A program made the position numbers and the translations under genes. Under the pieces are notes generated by a model, which was not told the DNA's origin, ran no database searches, and was given only the letters and a program-made list of their open reading frames with translations. Shown piece after piece: positions 11,761 to 24,512 of a DNA stretch of 64,000 nucleotides; position 1 is the stretch's first letter; each line of letters opens with the position of its first letter. The DNA comes from Scyliorhinus canicula. Taxonomy: Eukaryota. The DNA lies in the NCBI RefSeq assembly GCF_902713615.1, contig NC_052154.1:6449784-6513783 (forward strand). The letters run 5' to 3'.

Positions 11761-11812
11761 GCAGTCAAGTACTTTCACGGAAACGTCTTTGTTGCAATGT
11801 CACATTATTTAA

Positions 11813-12656
11813 CTAACTCGCTGGAGCTTTCTGACGAGGTAGAAGAAGGGGGTCACTGAGGGCAATGTCGTTGATGTGGTGTAGCTGGACATTCAAAAGG
11901 CATTTGATACAGTGCCGCACAACAGATCCGTGAGAAAGGTTATGGCTCACGGAATAAAAGGGACAGTAGTAACATGGACACAAGATTGGCTGAGGAATAG
12001 GAAGCAGGGAGTCAGGGTCAATGGATATATTTTGGGCTGAATGAAGGTGTGTAGTGGTGTCCCCCAGGGGCCAGTACTGGGACCCTTGCTTGTCCTGATA
12101 GATATTAATGATCCAGATCATGGTGTGCAGGGGATAGTTGTGGATGATGCAAACCTTGGAAGTATTGTAAACTGTGAAGAGGCCCATGTAGAACTTCAAA
12201 GGGACATGGGTGAGTTAGGCAGACAGGTGGCAGATGAAGTTCAATGTGGAGAAGTATGGGGAATGTGTTTTGGGAGGAGGAACATGGACTGACAAGACAA
12301 AATAAGGGATAAAATTCTTACCGAGATGCAGGAGCAGAGGGACCTGGGTGTATATCTGCATTGATCATTGAAAGTGTCAGGACAGGTGGAGAGAGCAGTT
12401 AATAAGATAGCTAGTATCCTGGGCTTTATTTATACGGTATAGAGTACAAGAATGAGGAGGTTATGCTGAACAAGACACTAGTTAGGCCTCAGCTGAAGTA
12501 TTGTGTACAGTTCTGGGTGTCACACGATAGGTGTCACATATTGGCGAGAGACCAGAAGAGGTTCACAAGAATGGTTCCAGGAGTGAGAAGCTTCAGTGAT
12601 GAGGATGGATTGGAGAGGTTGGAACTGTTCTCCTTGGAGAGAAGAAGGCAGAGAGG
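11813..12656 (+). mobile_element. Degenerate CR1 LINE reverse-transcriptase region
   Basis: SGVPQGPVLGPLL, degenerate DD motif, LVRPQLKYCVQFW and LFSLERRR. Confidence 0.85.
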
Positions 12657-13910
12657 TGTTGTTGAAAACTCACCACTATTCTTAGAATTCCCCCATACCA
12701 AAAAGGGTCGATATTCTAAATGGTGAACAGGGATTCTCACTCCCTGACTCCGATGCAGAGGCTTCGGTGGGTGCTATTCAGGTCAAACTATATTTGCAAG
12801 TTATCCCCCGGTATAACCCATACCTTCACCGAAGATTTCATCTATTTACCACTTAGTATCATCGATCCTGGGTCCCACATTGCTAAGTAAGTAAAGTAGA
12901 CTTGAGGAATAAACCACTGTTTCATGTTAAATTAAGTTATTTTATTATTATATTTTTTATTTTAAAAGCTGCAATCACTTTCTTTACAGAAAGGTAAAAA
13001 GATCTTGCTTCTGGATCCTTCTGGTTAGTTGAAGGGACCTTCAGGCCCAACTTGACAATCAATCTTCTTTAAAGTCTGGTCTTCTTTAGATGTATTCGCT
13101 GGTTAGCTCGGTTGCTATGTCCTATCTTTCCCATGTACCGAGCTGTGAGAGCTGACTCTGCTGGCTATCTCTGAGCTGACTCTGCCTCCTGTTTAAATTC
13201 TAGTCTTCCTTAGATGTATTATCTGTTTTAGCTTGGCTGCTTGTCTTATTGTTCCCATGACCGAGCTGGCTAAGCTGACTCTGCTTCTCTTGTTCCTTCT
13301 CTCCTTCTCTCTGAATTCTGGTTCTGGTTCTGCTTCTGGTCTCTGGGTTTATATTCTCTTTCTAACAGTTCCGTTTTTATGACGTTATTGTAAATTAACT
13401 TATTTCACTTTGATTGTAAAAAGTATTTTTGATCTAAACATTCTAATACAACTAAGTATTCATTTTGGGCATGGCCTCAGCCCTCAGATCTGATTACATT
13501 GTCCTTTGTGATGCTCAAAGTTCCTTTGTGATATTCAAAAATGCTTTGATTTCAAGAGGTGTTACTTTTAATTCCTGTCATTTCTATAGTTTTATTTTCC
13601 AATTGTGTCCCCAGCTCATAACTTTGACTTTGATTTTGACTTTAAATTATGTTTCGCGTAGACTGATCGTCTCCAACTTTCTTTAATTTACTTGGTGTCA
13701 GTAGAATTTCACACCTAGAATTGTCACCAAATTCAACTGAACATCATGCATCCTTTCCAGCTCTTTACTAAGATAGTTAATTTCAATGAAGGTGTGAAAC
13801 CTTTGCTTTTAGCTTTATGCTAAAAATTAACTTGGTTATAACTTGAAAGACCTGCCTGTTTTAAACATTCGTCACTTAATTCAACTGAAACCTTCATCCA
13901 TGCTAATTAA
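12657..13910 (-). mobile_element. Probable long LTR or ERV-like fragment; right boundary uncertain
   Basis: Begins TGTTG where the CR1 stops; reverse AATAAA near 12956 and reverse TATA near 13348; internal GAGCTG..GCTGACTCTG repeats. Confidence 0.4.
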
Positions 13911-14239
13911 GTACAAAGAAAGAAGTTGCATTTATATAGTGCCTTTAACCATCTCCGGATGACCCAAAATGCTTCACAGCAACTGAATGATTTTCCTGAA
14001 GTGTTGCCACTATCGTGATGTCGGAAATGGGGCAGCTATCTTTTGAACAGCATGGTCCACAAATAGGCAACACCATTCTGGCCATAATGCATTTTGCAGT
14101 CACTGGTGAAGCAGAGGTGATCAATGCTGGCTAGGTGCATCAGGAAATACAATCCTACCTTGGTGGTAAAGCTGCAGCAGAACTTGATCACCTGTCTGCA
14201 GTATGGTTCCAAAGTGGAGATCAGTGTAGAGGCTGGGTG

Positions 14240-16440
14240 GTAAGACTTCCCTGTCTGCTACGTGCCCCCCCCCCCCCCACCACACCCATCCCCAAGCCCT
14301 TAACTCCCTTGTCTATCAAAATCCTATCTAACTCAGCCTCAAATAGATTCAATGACGCAGCCCCCACTGCCCGCTGGAGATATGTCTAAATATCAGATCA
14401 GTCATGATCTCATTGAATGGGCGGAGCAGACTCGATGGGTTGAATGGCCTCATTTTCCTTCTTCATCTTGGGTCACTGCCTGTGCGGAATCTGCACGTTC
14501 TCCCCGTGTCTGTGTTAATGTAAGCCGACTTTATAAAGATTATTATTATCATTATGTTCTTGCGCTCTCTGGGAAAGCAAATTTCACAGACCCTCTGAGA
14601 GAAAAGCGTCTCTCCACATTTGAGTTTCTTATTCTTAAACTATGTTCTCTCGTTCTTGTCTCCTCCACGAGGAAACACCTTCCTGGCATCCATGCTATCA
14701 AGTCACCTCCGAATGTTCATCTTTCAATAAGATCACCTCTTATTATTCTAAATTCCGAAGGGTAAAAGCCCAAACTTTCATGTCCACATGCCGTGAAATA
14801 ATTTGAAAAGATACTCCTGATGTGGTCTCACCAAGGCCCTGTAATGCTGCAGTAAAACTTCATGACTTTTATATTCTAATCCCCCTGCAATAAACACCAA
14901 CATTCCATTTGTCTTCCTAATCACTCACCGTGCTTGCGGACTAACTTTTCCTGATTCATGCACCAGGGCGGCCAGATCCCTCTGTACCTCAGAGTTCTGT
15001 TATCTCTCTCCATTTAAATCATTTGCTGTTAGTAACCTTTGAAGTGGCAATTGATCGATTACCTTTTAGAAATCCAAGTACACAACATGCACAGGTTGCT
15101 TATTTGTTTGTCTTGCTTGCTACTTCTTCAAAGAACTCTAACAAATTAGATCAACATGATTTCCCTTTCACAAAACCATGTTGACTCTGCCTGATCGTAT
15201 TATTATTTTCCATGTATCCTGCGACAGCCTCCTTAATAATGAATTTTAGTAAGTCCCTATGATAGATGTTAGGTTAACTGACCTGTAGTTTCCTACATCC
15301 TCTCTCCCTCCTTTCTTGAGTAAAGGAATTTATATTCACTATTTTTCGATCTGCTGGGACCGTTCCAGAATATAAGGAATTTTGGAAGATTTATAACCAA
15401 TGCCTCCACTGTTTCTACAGTCACTTCTTTTTAAACACCAGGTTAAAGTCCAACAGGTTTGTTTCAAATCACTAGCTTTTGGAGCACTGCTCCTTCCGCA
15501 GGTGCTCCGAAAGCTAGTGATTCGAATCAAACTTGTTGGACTTTAACCTGGTGTTGTCAGACTTCTTATGGTGCCGACCCCAGTCCAATGCTGGCATCTC
15601 CACGTAACTTCTTTTAAGGTCCTAGGATGCCAGCCATCAGGCCCTGGAAGATTATCCTGCTTTAGGTTGAATGGTTTTCCTTGGAGATGCTGATTGTTCA
15701 AACTTCCCCTCTCCTTTTTCCTTTGGTTTTCAAGTATCTTTGGGATGTTTTTTTAAAATTCTACAGTGAAGACAGACACCCAACAACTGGTCAGCACATC
15801 TGCCATTTCTTTATGTTCCACTATCAGTTCTCCTGACTCTGGAGGACTAATACTCGTGTTTGCCATTGGTTTTGTATTTAAATGCTGGTCGAAACTCTTG
15901 CAATCTGTTTTTAAATTACTAGTTAGCTTTCCCTCATATTTCAATTTTTCCCCCTCTACTTTCATTTTGCTGGTTCCTGAAATCTGCCAGAAGTCCGGAC
16001 TTATCACCAATCATTGCGGATTTGTACAGTGCTTCTTTCAATTTGATACTATCCGTAACTTCTTTATTTAGCCACAGACGGTGCGTCCTATTTGAGCAAA
16101 CCTACTTTCTCACTGGGTTAAATTTGTGCTGAGAGCTATTGAATATCTCCTTAAAAGCCTGCCACTGAATCGCTGCTATCCTATCTTTTAACCTCGTTTC
16201 TCAGTTCACCTGAGCCAGCTCTGCCTTCATCCCCTTTTTTTGGGTTTGAAGCACCTGTCTGAGATCCAAACATGTCACCTTCAAACTGAAGGTGAAATTC
16301 TGTCATGTTCGGATCACTGTGGAACTAGAGATTCCTTCATGAACAATCTTGCCTCATTGCACATTACCGGGGCTAGTATTGTCTGCTCCTTGGTTGGCAC
16401 TGGAACGCACTGATCTGATAAATTGTCTTGTCATGAACTC
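14240..16440 (-). mobile_element. Fragmented old CR1 LINE with insertions
   Basis: CR1 ORF2 remnants (e.g. KTDCKSFDQHL...GELIVEHKEMADVL) and 3' UTR pieces. Confidence 0.7.
15434..15603. mobile_element. Penelope-like element terminus in fold-back configuration
   Basis: About 54-bp inverted arms (15434-15487, 15502-15555) matching the PLE end at 23491-23617; flanking ACTTCTTTT direct repeats. Confidence 0.8.
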
Positions 16441-16565
16441 ATAAACCAATATTCCCTTTCACCCTGACCATTCCCCCTCTGGCCCTCATCCATGCTCACT
16501 TAAAGCCAAACGATGAAAACTTGGAAAAAATATAATAAGCAACTGGTTTAGCCATTCGACACCAG

Positions 16566-16746
16566 GGGGTGAATTCTCCGCTTCCCCAGCCAAGTGTTTT
16601 CGGTGTCGCCCCATCACTGGCATTCTCCGTTCCCACCGCTGGCCAATGGGATTCCCCATTATAGCCAGCCCACGCTGCCAGGTACCCGATGGGCAGCGTT
16701 CTGCTGCCAGCAGAACAGAGAATCTCACCGACGGAGAATTCACCCC
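16566..16746. mobile_element. Harbinger-like MITE (181 bp)
   Basis: Perfect TIR GGGGTGAATTCTCCG / CGGAGAATTCACCCC with 3-bp TSD CAG. Confidence 0.85.
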
Positions 16747-17015
16747 CAGGTCTTGCTGTACCACATAAAGCACCATTAGCTCCTGCCCACCTCTGCCAAA
16801 ATTGTTCACTACTCCAGGACTGTTCTGGAACATACAGCTAACGTTACTTCTTCTCGACTGCATGCCATCCCTCTTTCACTGTCTCCTGCACCCTCACAAC
16901 CAACGGGATCTGTGGAGGGAGAAGGGAGCGAACGTTTCAAATCTGGGTGACTCTTTGACAAAGCTGGAGGGAACTGGAAACAGGGTCAGGTTTATACTGT
17001 TGTGGGGTTGGGGGG

Positions 17016-17495
17016 TGTGGTGATATGCACCACTGTAAATACACAAGGGGTTAATGTAAATACACATAGACTGGATAGACACTGTAGGGAGCACCAGAGA
17101 TACGACACACAGACATTCAACCAATAGGCCAGTAGGCTAGGACACGACCAATGGGCATTCACAATACACACAGAGGTGACACTACCACAGGAGGGCATTA
17201 CACCAACCCATATAAAAGGACACAGCACACATGATCTTCCTTTTTCCAGTGGAAACACTCAGTGAGTACAAACACAGGGTTGATTTGAAACACGTCACAC
17301 CCACCACCTGGATTGTAGCAGACTGGTTCGTCAGTCTGAGTAGCTATAGCAGGATTAACAGGAGAGTCGAATCCAAGTCGGAGAATCGTTAACAGTTTAA
17401 TAAACGTGTTAAAGCTATCTCCAAGTCTGAACCTTCCTTTGTCAGAGTGCAGATCAAGGAAGCAGCTTATGCTACGTCAAGAGCATAACAAAACA
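17016..17495 (+). mobile_element. Solo LTR (480 bp)
   Basis: TG...CA, GGGGG on both flanks, TATAAAAG at 17211, AATAAA at 17399. Confidence 0.85.
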
Positions 17496-17846
17496 GGGGG
17501 CTGGTGCGAGGGGCAGTGTGGCTGTATAGAGGGCCACCGACCATGGTCAGAAAGACAATAGGATTATTCTTCCATTAACACATTCAAATCTCTTTATGTG
17601 CTACGTTCAGCTCCCTTCTTAGCCTTAATCACCCACAATTACAGTCCATTTGATTTTCTGCCCATGACATCTTTGTCAATCTCCACCTATCGCTGGCTCT
17701 CTAACCAGCCCCATTGCTCCTCGCATCCCCCACATAAATCTGATCCTATTTCCAATTCCCTCCAGCTTTGAAGTGTCATCCTGACTTGAAACATTAGCTC
17801 CCTTCTCTCTCCACAGATGGTGTCAGATATGCTGCGATTGACCAGC

Positions 17847-18560
17847 ACTAACATTCCATTAGCCTTTTAATGACATGCTGTACCTGCATACTGACATTCT
17901 GCCGATTCATGAACAAAGACACCCAGATCCCTCTGCCCAGACGCATTTTGAATCTTCTTTTATTTAGATAATAATTTGCTTTTCTATTTTTTGGGCCAAA
18001 ATGGATAACCACACACTTATCCACGTTAAACTCCATCTGCCAAATTTTACCCAGTCTCCTAGCCTATCCATATCTGTCCGTAAAATCTGTATCTCCTCTT
18101 CACTGCCTGCTTTCCTGCCTATTTATGTGGCAGCACGGTAGCACAAGTGGATAGCACTGTGGCTTCACAGCACCAGGGTCGCAGGTTCCATTCCCCGCTG
18201 GGTCACTGTCTGTGCGGAGTCTCCACATTCTCCCCATGTCTGTGTGGGTTTCCTCTGGGTGCTCCGGTTTCCTCCCACAGTCCAAAGCCGTGCAGGTTAG
18301 GTGGATTGGCCATGCTAAAATCGCCCTTAGTGTCCAAAAAAGGTTGGATTGGGTTTCGGGGGTAGGGTGGAAGTGAGGGCATAAGTGGGTCGGTGCAGAC
18401 TCGATGGGCCGAATGGCCTCCTTCTGCACTCTATGTTCTATTATATCATCCGCTAATTTTGCTATGTTACACTCAGTCCCCGCTTGCAGATCATTTACAC
18501 AGATTGTAAACAGATGAGGTCCGAGGACTAACCCTTGGGCACCCCGTTAGTTACGGTTAT
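17847..18560 (-). mobile_element. CR1 RT fragment containing an HE1-like SINE (18127-18442, +)
   Basis: MEFNVDKCVVIHFG motif; SINE head, body and tail. Confidence 0.8.
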
Positions 18561-19116
18561 ACTTAAAGTTCAAAAAATGAATGTAACTCAGGCTTGAATA
18601 TATTCAATACACAGACTGTACTGCAGTCTGCGGAAGAACATTTTAAAGGCTATTGACCCTTTGAGAGAGAAGAAATTCCTCCTCATCAACCTAAAAGTGA
18701 GACTCCTATTTGAGAAAGTGTATCAAATACATGTGAAATGTGATGGTACATTGCAATGAAGTATTCGTAAAACAGATTGATAGTTCACTTCTGAATTGAA
18801 CACCAAATCACAACTTCAGCCTTTTCTCAGTGCTGAGACATGCCTCCAACAGTGCAGCACTCTCTCAGTGGTACCCTGCAGTGTCTGGGTTATGTGCCAA
18901 AGTCTCTGGAGCGGGATTTAAATAGACAACCTTCTGAGGTGAGATCACGACCTGCTGAGACACAGATGTTGCTCATTTTTGCCGCAGTACAGTTGGAAGG
19001 GGCACGGATAAGGTCAATCATTACTTTTTGCTCTGACCTGTAAGTCCATCACATACAGAAATTTAAGATCAGTCTGAAGAGGGAAATGGAGAAAGTGTTG
19101 TAAATGGAAAATAGGT

Positions 19117-19345
19117 GGGCAGCACGGTGGGACAGTGGATTAGCACTGCTGCTTCACGGCGCCAAGGTCCCAGGTTCGATCCGGGCTCTGGGTCACTGTT
19201 CGTGTGGAGTTTGCTCATTCTCCCCATGTCTGCATGAGTTTCACCCCCACAACCCAAAGATGTGCACAATAGGAGGATTGGCCACACTAAATTGCCCCTT
19301 AATCGGAAAAAATGATTTCGGTATTCTAAATTTATTTTTAAAAAA
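19117..19345 (+). mobile_element. V-SINE short form with A-rich tail
   Basis: TSD GTAAATGGAAAATAG at 19100 and 19346. Confidence 0.9.
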
Positions 19346-21089
19346 GTAAATGGAAAATAGTGGTTTGCAACAAAGGTCGGGGGAAAGAACTGAGAACCTG
19401 GATCTGCCAAAGAGCTTGTGCAGATATAATGAGTCAAATGGCATCCTGCTTGTTTTCAACGAATCACAGAATTCTTATAATGCAGAAGGAGGCCATTCGG
19501 CACATCGTGTCTGCATTGACTCTCCAAATGAGTATTATCACTTAGTACCATTTTCCTGCCTTTTCCCCGCAGCCCTTGCTACATTTGTTCTATTCATGTA
19601 ATCATCTGATGCCCTCTTGAATGCCTTGATTGAACCTGCCTCCAGTTTGGATGTCCTGGTTGTCTGAATTGTAATTCACACTGGAACTTTTCAGAAAGTA
19701 GTCAACTTGCGACACCAGACATCAGGTGACTGAAGGCAGCCATCTTAAGTCAGTATTTTATTTTCTTACTTTTGAAAAGTCCTTCCTAAACTGTTCAATA
19801 TGGCCCATATCTTTCAACCTCTGATAGTTCTTGCACCTGAGGGATATGCCAAAATGTGCTGCACCCGCTCCCCCGACCCCACTGACTACCAACCCATCCA
19901 ATCGGAAACTGAACTCCGCTGGCCATCCGACCCACCCCACTGACCACCCGGCCCACCCCCGACCACCCAACCACCTCCCATGACCATGTGCCCCCCCCCC
20001 ACTCTCCATGCTACCCACCTACCTTACACACTTACCTTCTCTCTGCTTTCTTAAAGTGGCTGAATCTTTAAACTTAAATGCTTGACGGAAACTAGTGCTC
20101 TAAAAATGGGGTGTGTCTCCTTTCCATCAGACTCTCCTGCATTCGACTGAGGCGGTTCTTAGATGAGCTGCACTACACTTTGCCCGATTGGCAATCGGCG
20201 TCGGATTGACACGCTGCCCCTATTGACTGACCCTAAAATGCAGCCGCACATTCACCCAAGTTCTGGGGGTCAGACGCGAACTTCCGGTTGCATTTCAGCT
20301 GAAGTAAATTGGAGAGGAGTGACAATCCAACTGCGGTGGCCACTCCATGGAATATATAGTCCATTGACCTTGATCAGCCATTGAAATGACTCATGCCCCA
20401 GTCACACCATTGTGGCCTCGGTAATGCATTGCTTCTTCAATGACTGCGCGCAGTGAAAATGCAGTTCCGAATGCGACAGATGAAACAATGGCTGAGGTTT
20501 TCCAGCCCTTCCTGCTGGCGGTATCTTCCAGTCCCACCAAAGTCGACCACCCCCCCACCCCCCCACCCCTGCCGCGGTGGGGTATCCTGTGGAAGGACGG
20601 ACCAGCCACACAACATACCATAGCCCACGGATGGCCAATAGCGAGTTGCCTCTGCCGCTAGGAAACAAAATGGAGTTTTTGAAACCCAACAATGCACAGA
20701 TAAACAAAAAGAAAATCTCAATGTCCTTCATAACCTGATGATATCCCAAAGCAGCAAACAAGGTACTTTGAAGTGTAGTTATCGTGGTAATGTTGCCACG
20801 CAGCAAGCTCCCGTGATATGTTAGAGGTCAAGGGATAGCAACTTTCTTGGAATTTTTGGTCCGTGGAGTGCAACCAAAAGCCATAACCCACTTTCACAGA
20901 GGCAAGAGAGCTGCCACTGAGTTGCAGGTGACCCGTATGCTAGTTCATCAAGATTTTAAGAAGATACGAGTTAGGAGCAGGAGATGACCATTGATCTCAT
21001 CGAACCTGTTCCGTCATTCAGTCATTGTTAATCTGATTGTGGCCTTAACTCCACTTCCTGGTCTTTCTCCCATAATCACTTGATCAAAA

Positions 21090-21955
21090 TCTTTAAGATC
21101 TGGCAGGGTATTGACAGGGGGGATGTGGAGAGATGTCTCCTGTTGTCAGAGACAGGGATCACCGTTTAAAAATAAGGGTTCCTTTATTTAAGACAGAAAT
21201 GAGGAGAATTTCTTTCCCTCAGAAGATTGTCAGTCTCTGGGACTCTCGTCCTCAAAAAGCAGAGACTTTGGGCGCGATTCTCCGCAAAGGTGGAGAACCG
21301 GGAAGGCCACCGTAAAAGAGGCTGTCTCTCACGGCAGCCTCCGTGCTCAGTCCCGGGACCCGGTTCTCCCCCCCCCCCCCCCGGTGGGGCTAGTATCTGG
21401 ACCTAGGGGGTCTCGGCCAAGAATGACGCGTGGCTGACGCGCCTAACGACGTCAGCAGTGCATGCGCAGGTTGGACAGTGCCAACCCGCGCATGCGCGGT
21501 TGGTGTCTTTCCCCTCAGCTGCCCCGCAAGACGTGGTGGCTTGATCTTGCGGGGCGGCGGAGGGGAAAGAGTGCGTCCGTTTTGGACGGCGGCCCGACAA
21601 TCGGTGGGCTCCGATCGTGGGCCTGTCCCCTCCCGAGCACGGCCGTGGTTCTCCCTTCCCAATCGGGCGCCTAGAAGCCCCAAAGGGGCTTCTGGCACCT
21701 GTTTCACGATGGTGGCGACCAGGTGTGGTTGCCGCCATCGTGAAAAGGTCGGAAACGGCCAGCCACTCAGTCCATCGGCCTCGGAGAATCGCAGAGCTCG
21801 ATGGATTCTTAATTAACAAGGAGGTGAAAGATTATCAGGAGTTTAGCAGGAATGTGGGGTTGAGGTTACAATCAGATCAGCCTTGATCTTATTGAATGGT
21901 GGAGCAGACTTGAGGGGCCGAGTGGCCTATTCCTGCTCCTAATTCGTATACTTGT
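21090..21955 (+). mobile_element. CR1 3' end with an inserted Harbinger-like MITE (about 21270-21792)
   Basis: EMRRISFPQKIVSLWDS peptide; MITE TIRs GGGCGCGATTCTCC / GGAGAATCGC. Confidence 0.75.
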
Positions 21956-21964
21956 GTGTTTTGG

Positions 21965-22360
21965 CAGAGACGATGGTGCAGTGATTCTGTCATTTGACTA
22001 ATAATCCAAAGACCTCAGGTAATTCTTTGGGGATCCGGGGCAGAATCGCACCACGGGAGATGGTGAAATTTGAATTCAACAGAACAAAATCTGGAATTAA
22101 AAGTCTAATGTTGGCCATGAAACCATTGTCGATTGTGGTTAAAAAAACCCACATCTGGTTCACTACAGCCCTTTAATGCAGGAAATCTGCCGTCCTTACC
22201 TGGTCAGGCCTACATGTGACTCCAGACCCACAGAGATGTTGTTGGCTCTCAACTGCCCTCTGAAATGGCCAAGCGAGGCTCTCAGTTCCAGGGCAATTTA
22301 GGATGGGATGGCAATGAACGCTGGCCCAGGTAACGATGCCTGCGTCCCATAGACTAATAA
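21965..22360 (+). mobile_element. tRNA-like SINE sharing its 3' tail with RTE-X-like LINE fragments
   Basis: Core GGAAATCTGCCGTCCTTACCTGG...TGACTCCAGACCCAC; reverse copies at 32435-32760 and 55555-55920. Confidence 0.6.
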
Positions 22361-22780
22361 AAATAATGTTTGCATGTTATCCTTGATTCCCTTATCAATC
22401 AGAACATTTGTCCAACACAGTCCTCCCACAGTCCAAAGATGTGCAGGTTAGTTGGATTGGCCATGCTAAATTGCCTTTAGTGTTGGGTGGGGTTACTGTG
22501 CTATTGGGATAGGGTGGGTGTGTGGGTTTGGGTCGGGTGCTCTTTCCAAGAGCCGGTACAGACCCGATGGGCCGAAAGGCCTCCTTCTGCACTGTAAATT
22601 CTATGATTCCACCATTCTATGACCCAGCCATCACTGCTCTCCGAAATGGAAGGCAATGAATAGAAATTGTCCCACTCACCTTCTTCTGCATTGGACACTG
22701 CGTCATGAATGAATCTGATCGAAGAAAAGATTTTAAAAATGGGTAGACGCAGGAAGGATGTTCCCGATAATAAGTTCCCG

Positions 22781-23151
22781 ATAATAATAATCTTTATTGT
22801 TGTCGCAAGTAGGCTTACATTAATAATAATAATCTTTATTGTCACAAGTAGGCTTACATTAATAATAATAATCTTTATTGTCACAAGTAGGCTTACATTA
22901 ACACTGCAATGAAGTTACTGTGAAAAGCCCCTAGTCGCCACATTCCGGCGCCTGTTCGGGTACACAGAGGGAGAATTCAGAATTTCCAATTCATCTAACA
23001 AGCGCGTCTTTCAGGACTTGTGGGAGGAAACTGGAGCACCCGGAGGAATCCCACGCAGACATGGGGGGAACGTGCAAACTCCACACAGAGTGACCCTGGC
23101 GCTGTGAAGTAACAGTGCTAACCCTGGTGCTGTGAAGCTACCATGCCGCCC
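22781..23151 (-). mobile_element. V-SINE-headed SINE with (ATT)n tail and triplicated 3' end, inside a CR1 3' fragment (22720-23470, +)
   Basis: HE1-type head joined to ...GTGGCGACTAGGGGCTTTTCACAGTAACTTCATTGCAG...; another copy at 52090-52397. Confidence 0.85.
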
Positions 23152-23490
23152 ATGATGGGGGTATCCAGACCTAGGGGTCACATTCTGAGAATACGGGGTG
23201 GACCATTTAGGACTGAGATGAGGAGAAATTTCTTCACCCAGAGAGTGGTGAGCCTGTGGAATTTGTTACCACAGAAAGCAGTTGAGGCCTAATCATTGTA
23301 TGTTTTCAAGGAGTTAGATGTAGCTCTTGAAGCGAAGGGGATTAAAGGATATGGGGGAAAGCGGGATTTGGCTACTGAATTGGATGGTCAGCCATGATCA
23401 TAATGAATGACGGAGCAAACTCGAAGGGCAAAATGGCCTCCTCCTGTTCTTATTTTCTATGTTCCTAAGAACAAAGAACCTCCTGAAGAC

Positions 23491-24010
23491 ATGATGTGGA
23501 GATGCCGACGTTGGACTGGGGTGAGCACAGTAAGAAGTCTTACAACACCAGGTTAAAGTCCAACATGTTTGTTTCAAATCACTAGCTTTCGGAGCACTGC
23601 TCCTTCCTCAGGTGAATGAAGAGGTAGGTTCCAGAAACATATATAGAGACAAAGTCAAAGATGCAAGACGATACTTTGAATGGGAGCATTTGCAGGTAAT
23701 TAAGTCTTTATAGATCCAGAGAGAGGGGTAACCCCAGGTTAAAGGGGTGTGAATTGTCTCAAGCCAGGACAGTTGGTAGGATTTGGCAAGCCCAGACCAG
23801 ATGGTGGGGGGTGAATGTAATGCAACATGAATCCAAGTTCCCGGTTGAGGCCATAGTCACGTGTGCGGAACTTGGCTATAAGTTTCTGCTTGGCGATTCT
23901 CCGTTGTCGCGCGTCCTGAAGGCCGCCTTGGAGAACGAGATCAGAGGCTGAATGCCCTCGACTGCTGAAGTGTTGCCCGACTGGAAGGGAACATTCCTGC
24001 CTGGCGATTG
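23491..24010 (-). mobile_element. 5'-truncated Penelope-like retroelement (GIY-YIG C-terminus plus 3' terminal repeat)
   Basis: Minus translation IARQECSLPVGQHFSSRGHSASDL..LQGGLQDARQRRIAKQKLIAKFRTRDYGLNRELGF, typical of the PLE GIY-YIG C-terminus (..HF...GH...GLN). Confidence 0.85.
23577..23617 (-). ncRNA. Minimal type I hammerhead ribozyme motif in the PLE terminal repeat
   Basis: AUUCAC-CUGAGGA-A-GGAGC-AGU-GCUCC-GAAA-GC-UA-GUGAUU: CUGANGA and GAAA cores, 5-bp helix II, UCAC/GUGA helix I, palindromic AGCU in place of helix III. Confidence 0.75.
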
Positions 24011-24212
24011 GGTAGAAGTTCCATTTTCTGTAAGTAGTGATCTGACTTCCGCACTTGCTTCGGCGTGAGCCTCATCCGCTGCAGATAATGGGACCTCAGG
24101 GTCTGCAAGAGAAAGTAGGATTACACCATTACCAAGAGTGGAACAAACATGGCGACCGGGATCCAAAGGAAGTTCCTGTGCAATATTCTGGTCTGCAAAC
24201 TTGTTTGAAAGT

Positions 24213-24512
24213 TGATGGAACCATCAATTCACCAGAAACGTGTTTCCGATATGAATCTAGACTTTAATCGACTTACTTCAGAGCCAGCCTGTTACCCGTT
24301 GATGAACTCTTAGTGAACACAGGCTGACTCTGGACAAGGGTATTTATACAGTTGCACTAGGGGGAGGAGTCGTGGGCGGAGCCAAGGGTGTAGCCCAGTA
24401 CAAGTTCCTGAGTGCTCCCAGCGCTACTCCCCCTAGTGGTAGGATGGCGCTACTGCGCTTACAAAGACAGTGTGAATTAACATATATACATATATATATT
24501 ACATTCACCACA
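24213..24512 (-). mobile_element. Solo Gypsy-type LTR (300 bp)
   Basis: TG...CA with 5-bp TSD AAAGT (24208-24212, 24513-24517). Confidence 0.85.

Noticed and set aside
22501-22912. Hydrophobic repeat-peptide ORFs
   Set aside because: Translation of the 39-nt SINE-tail triplication.
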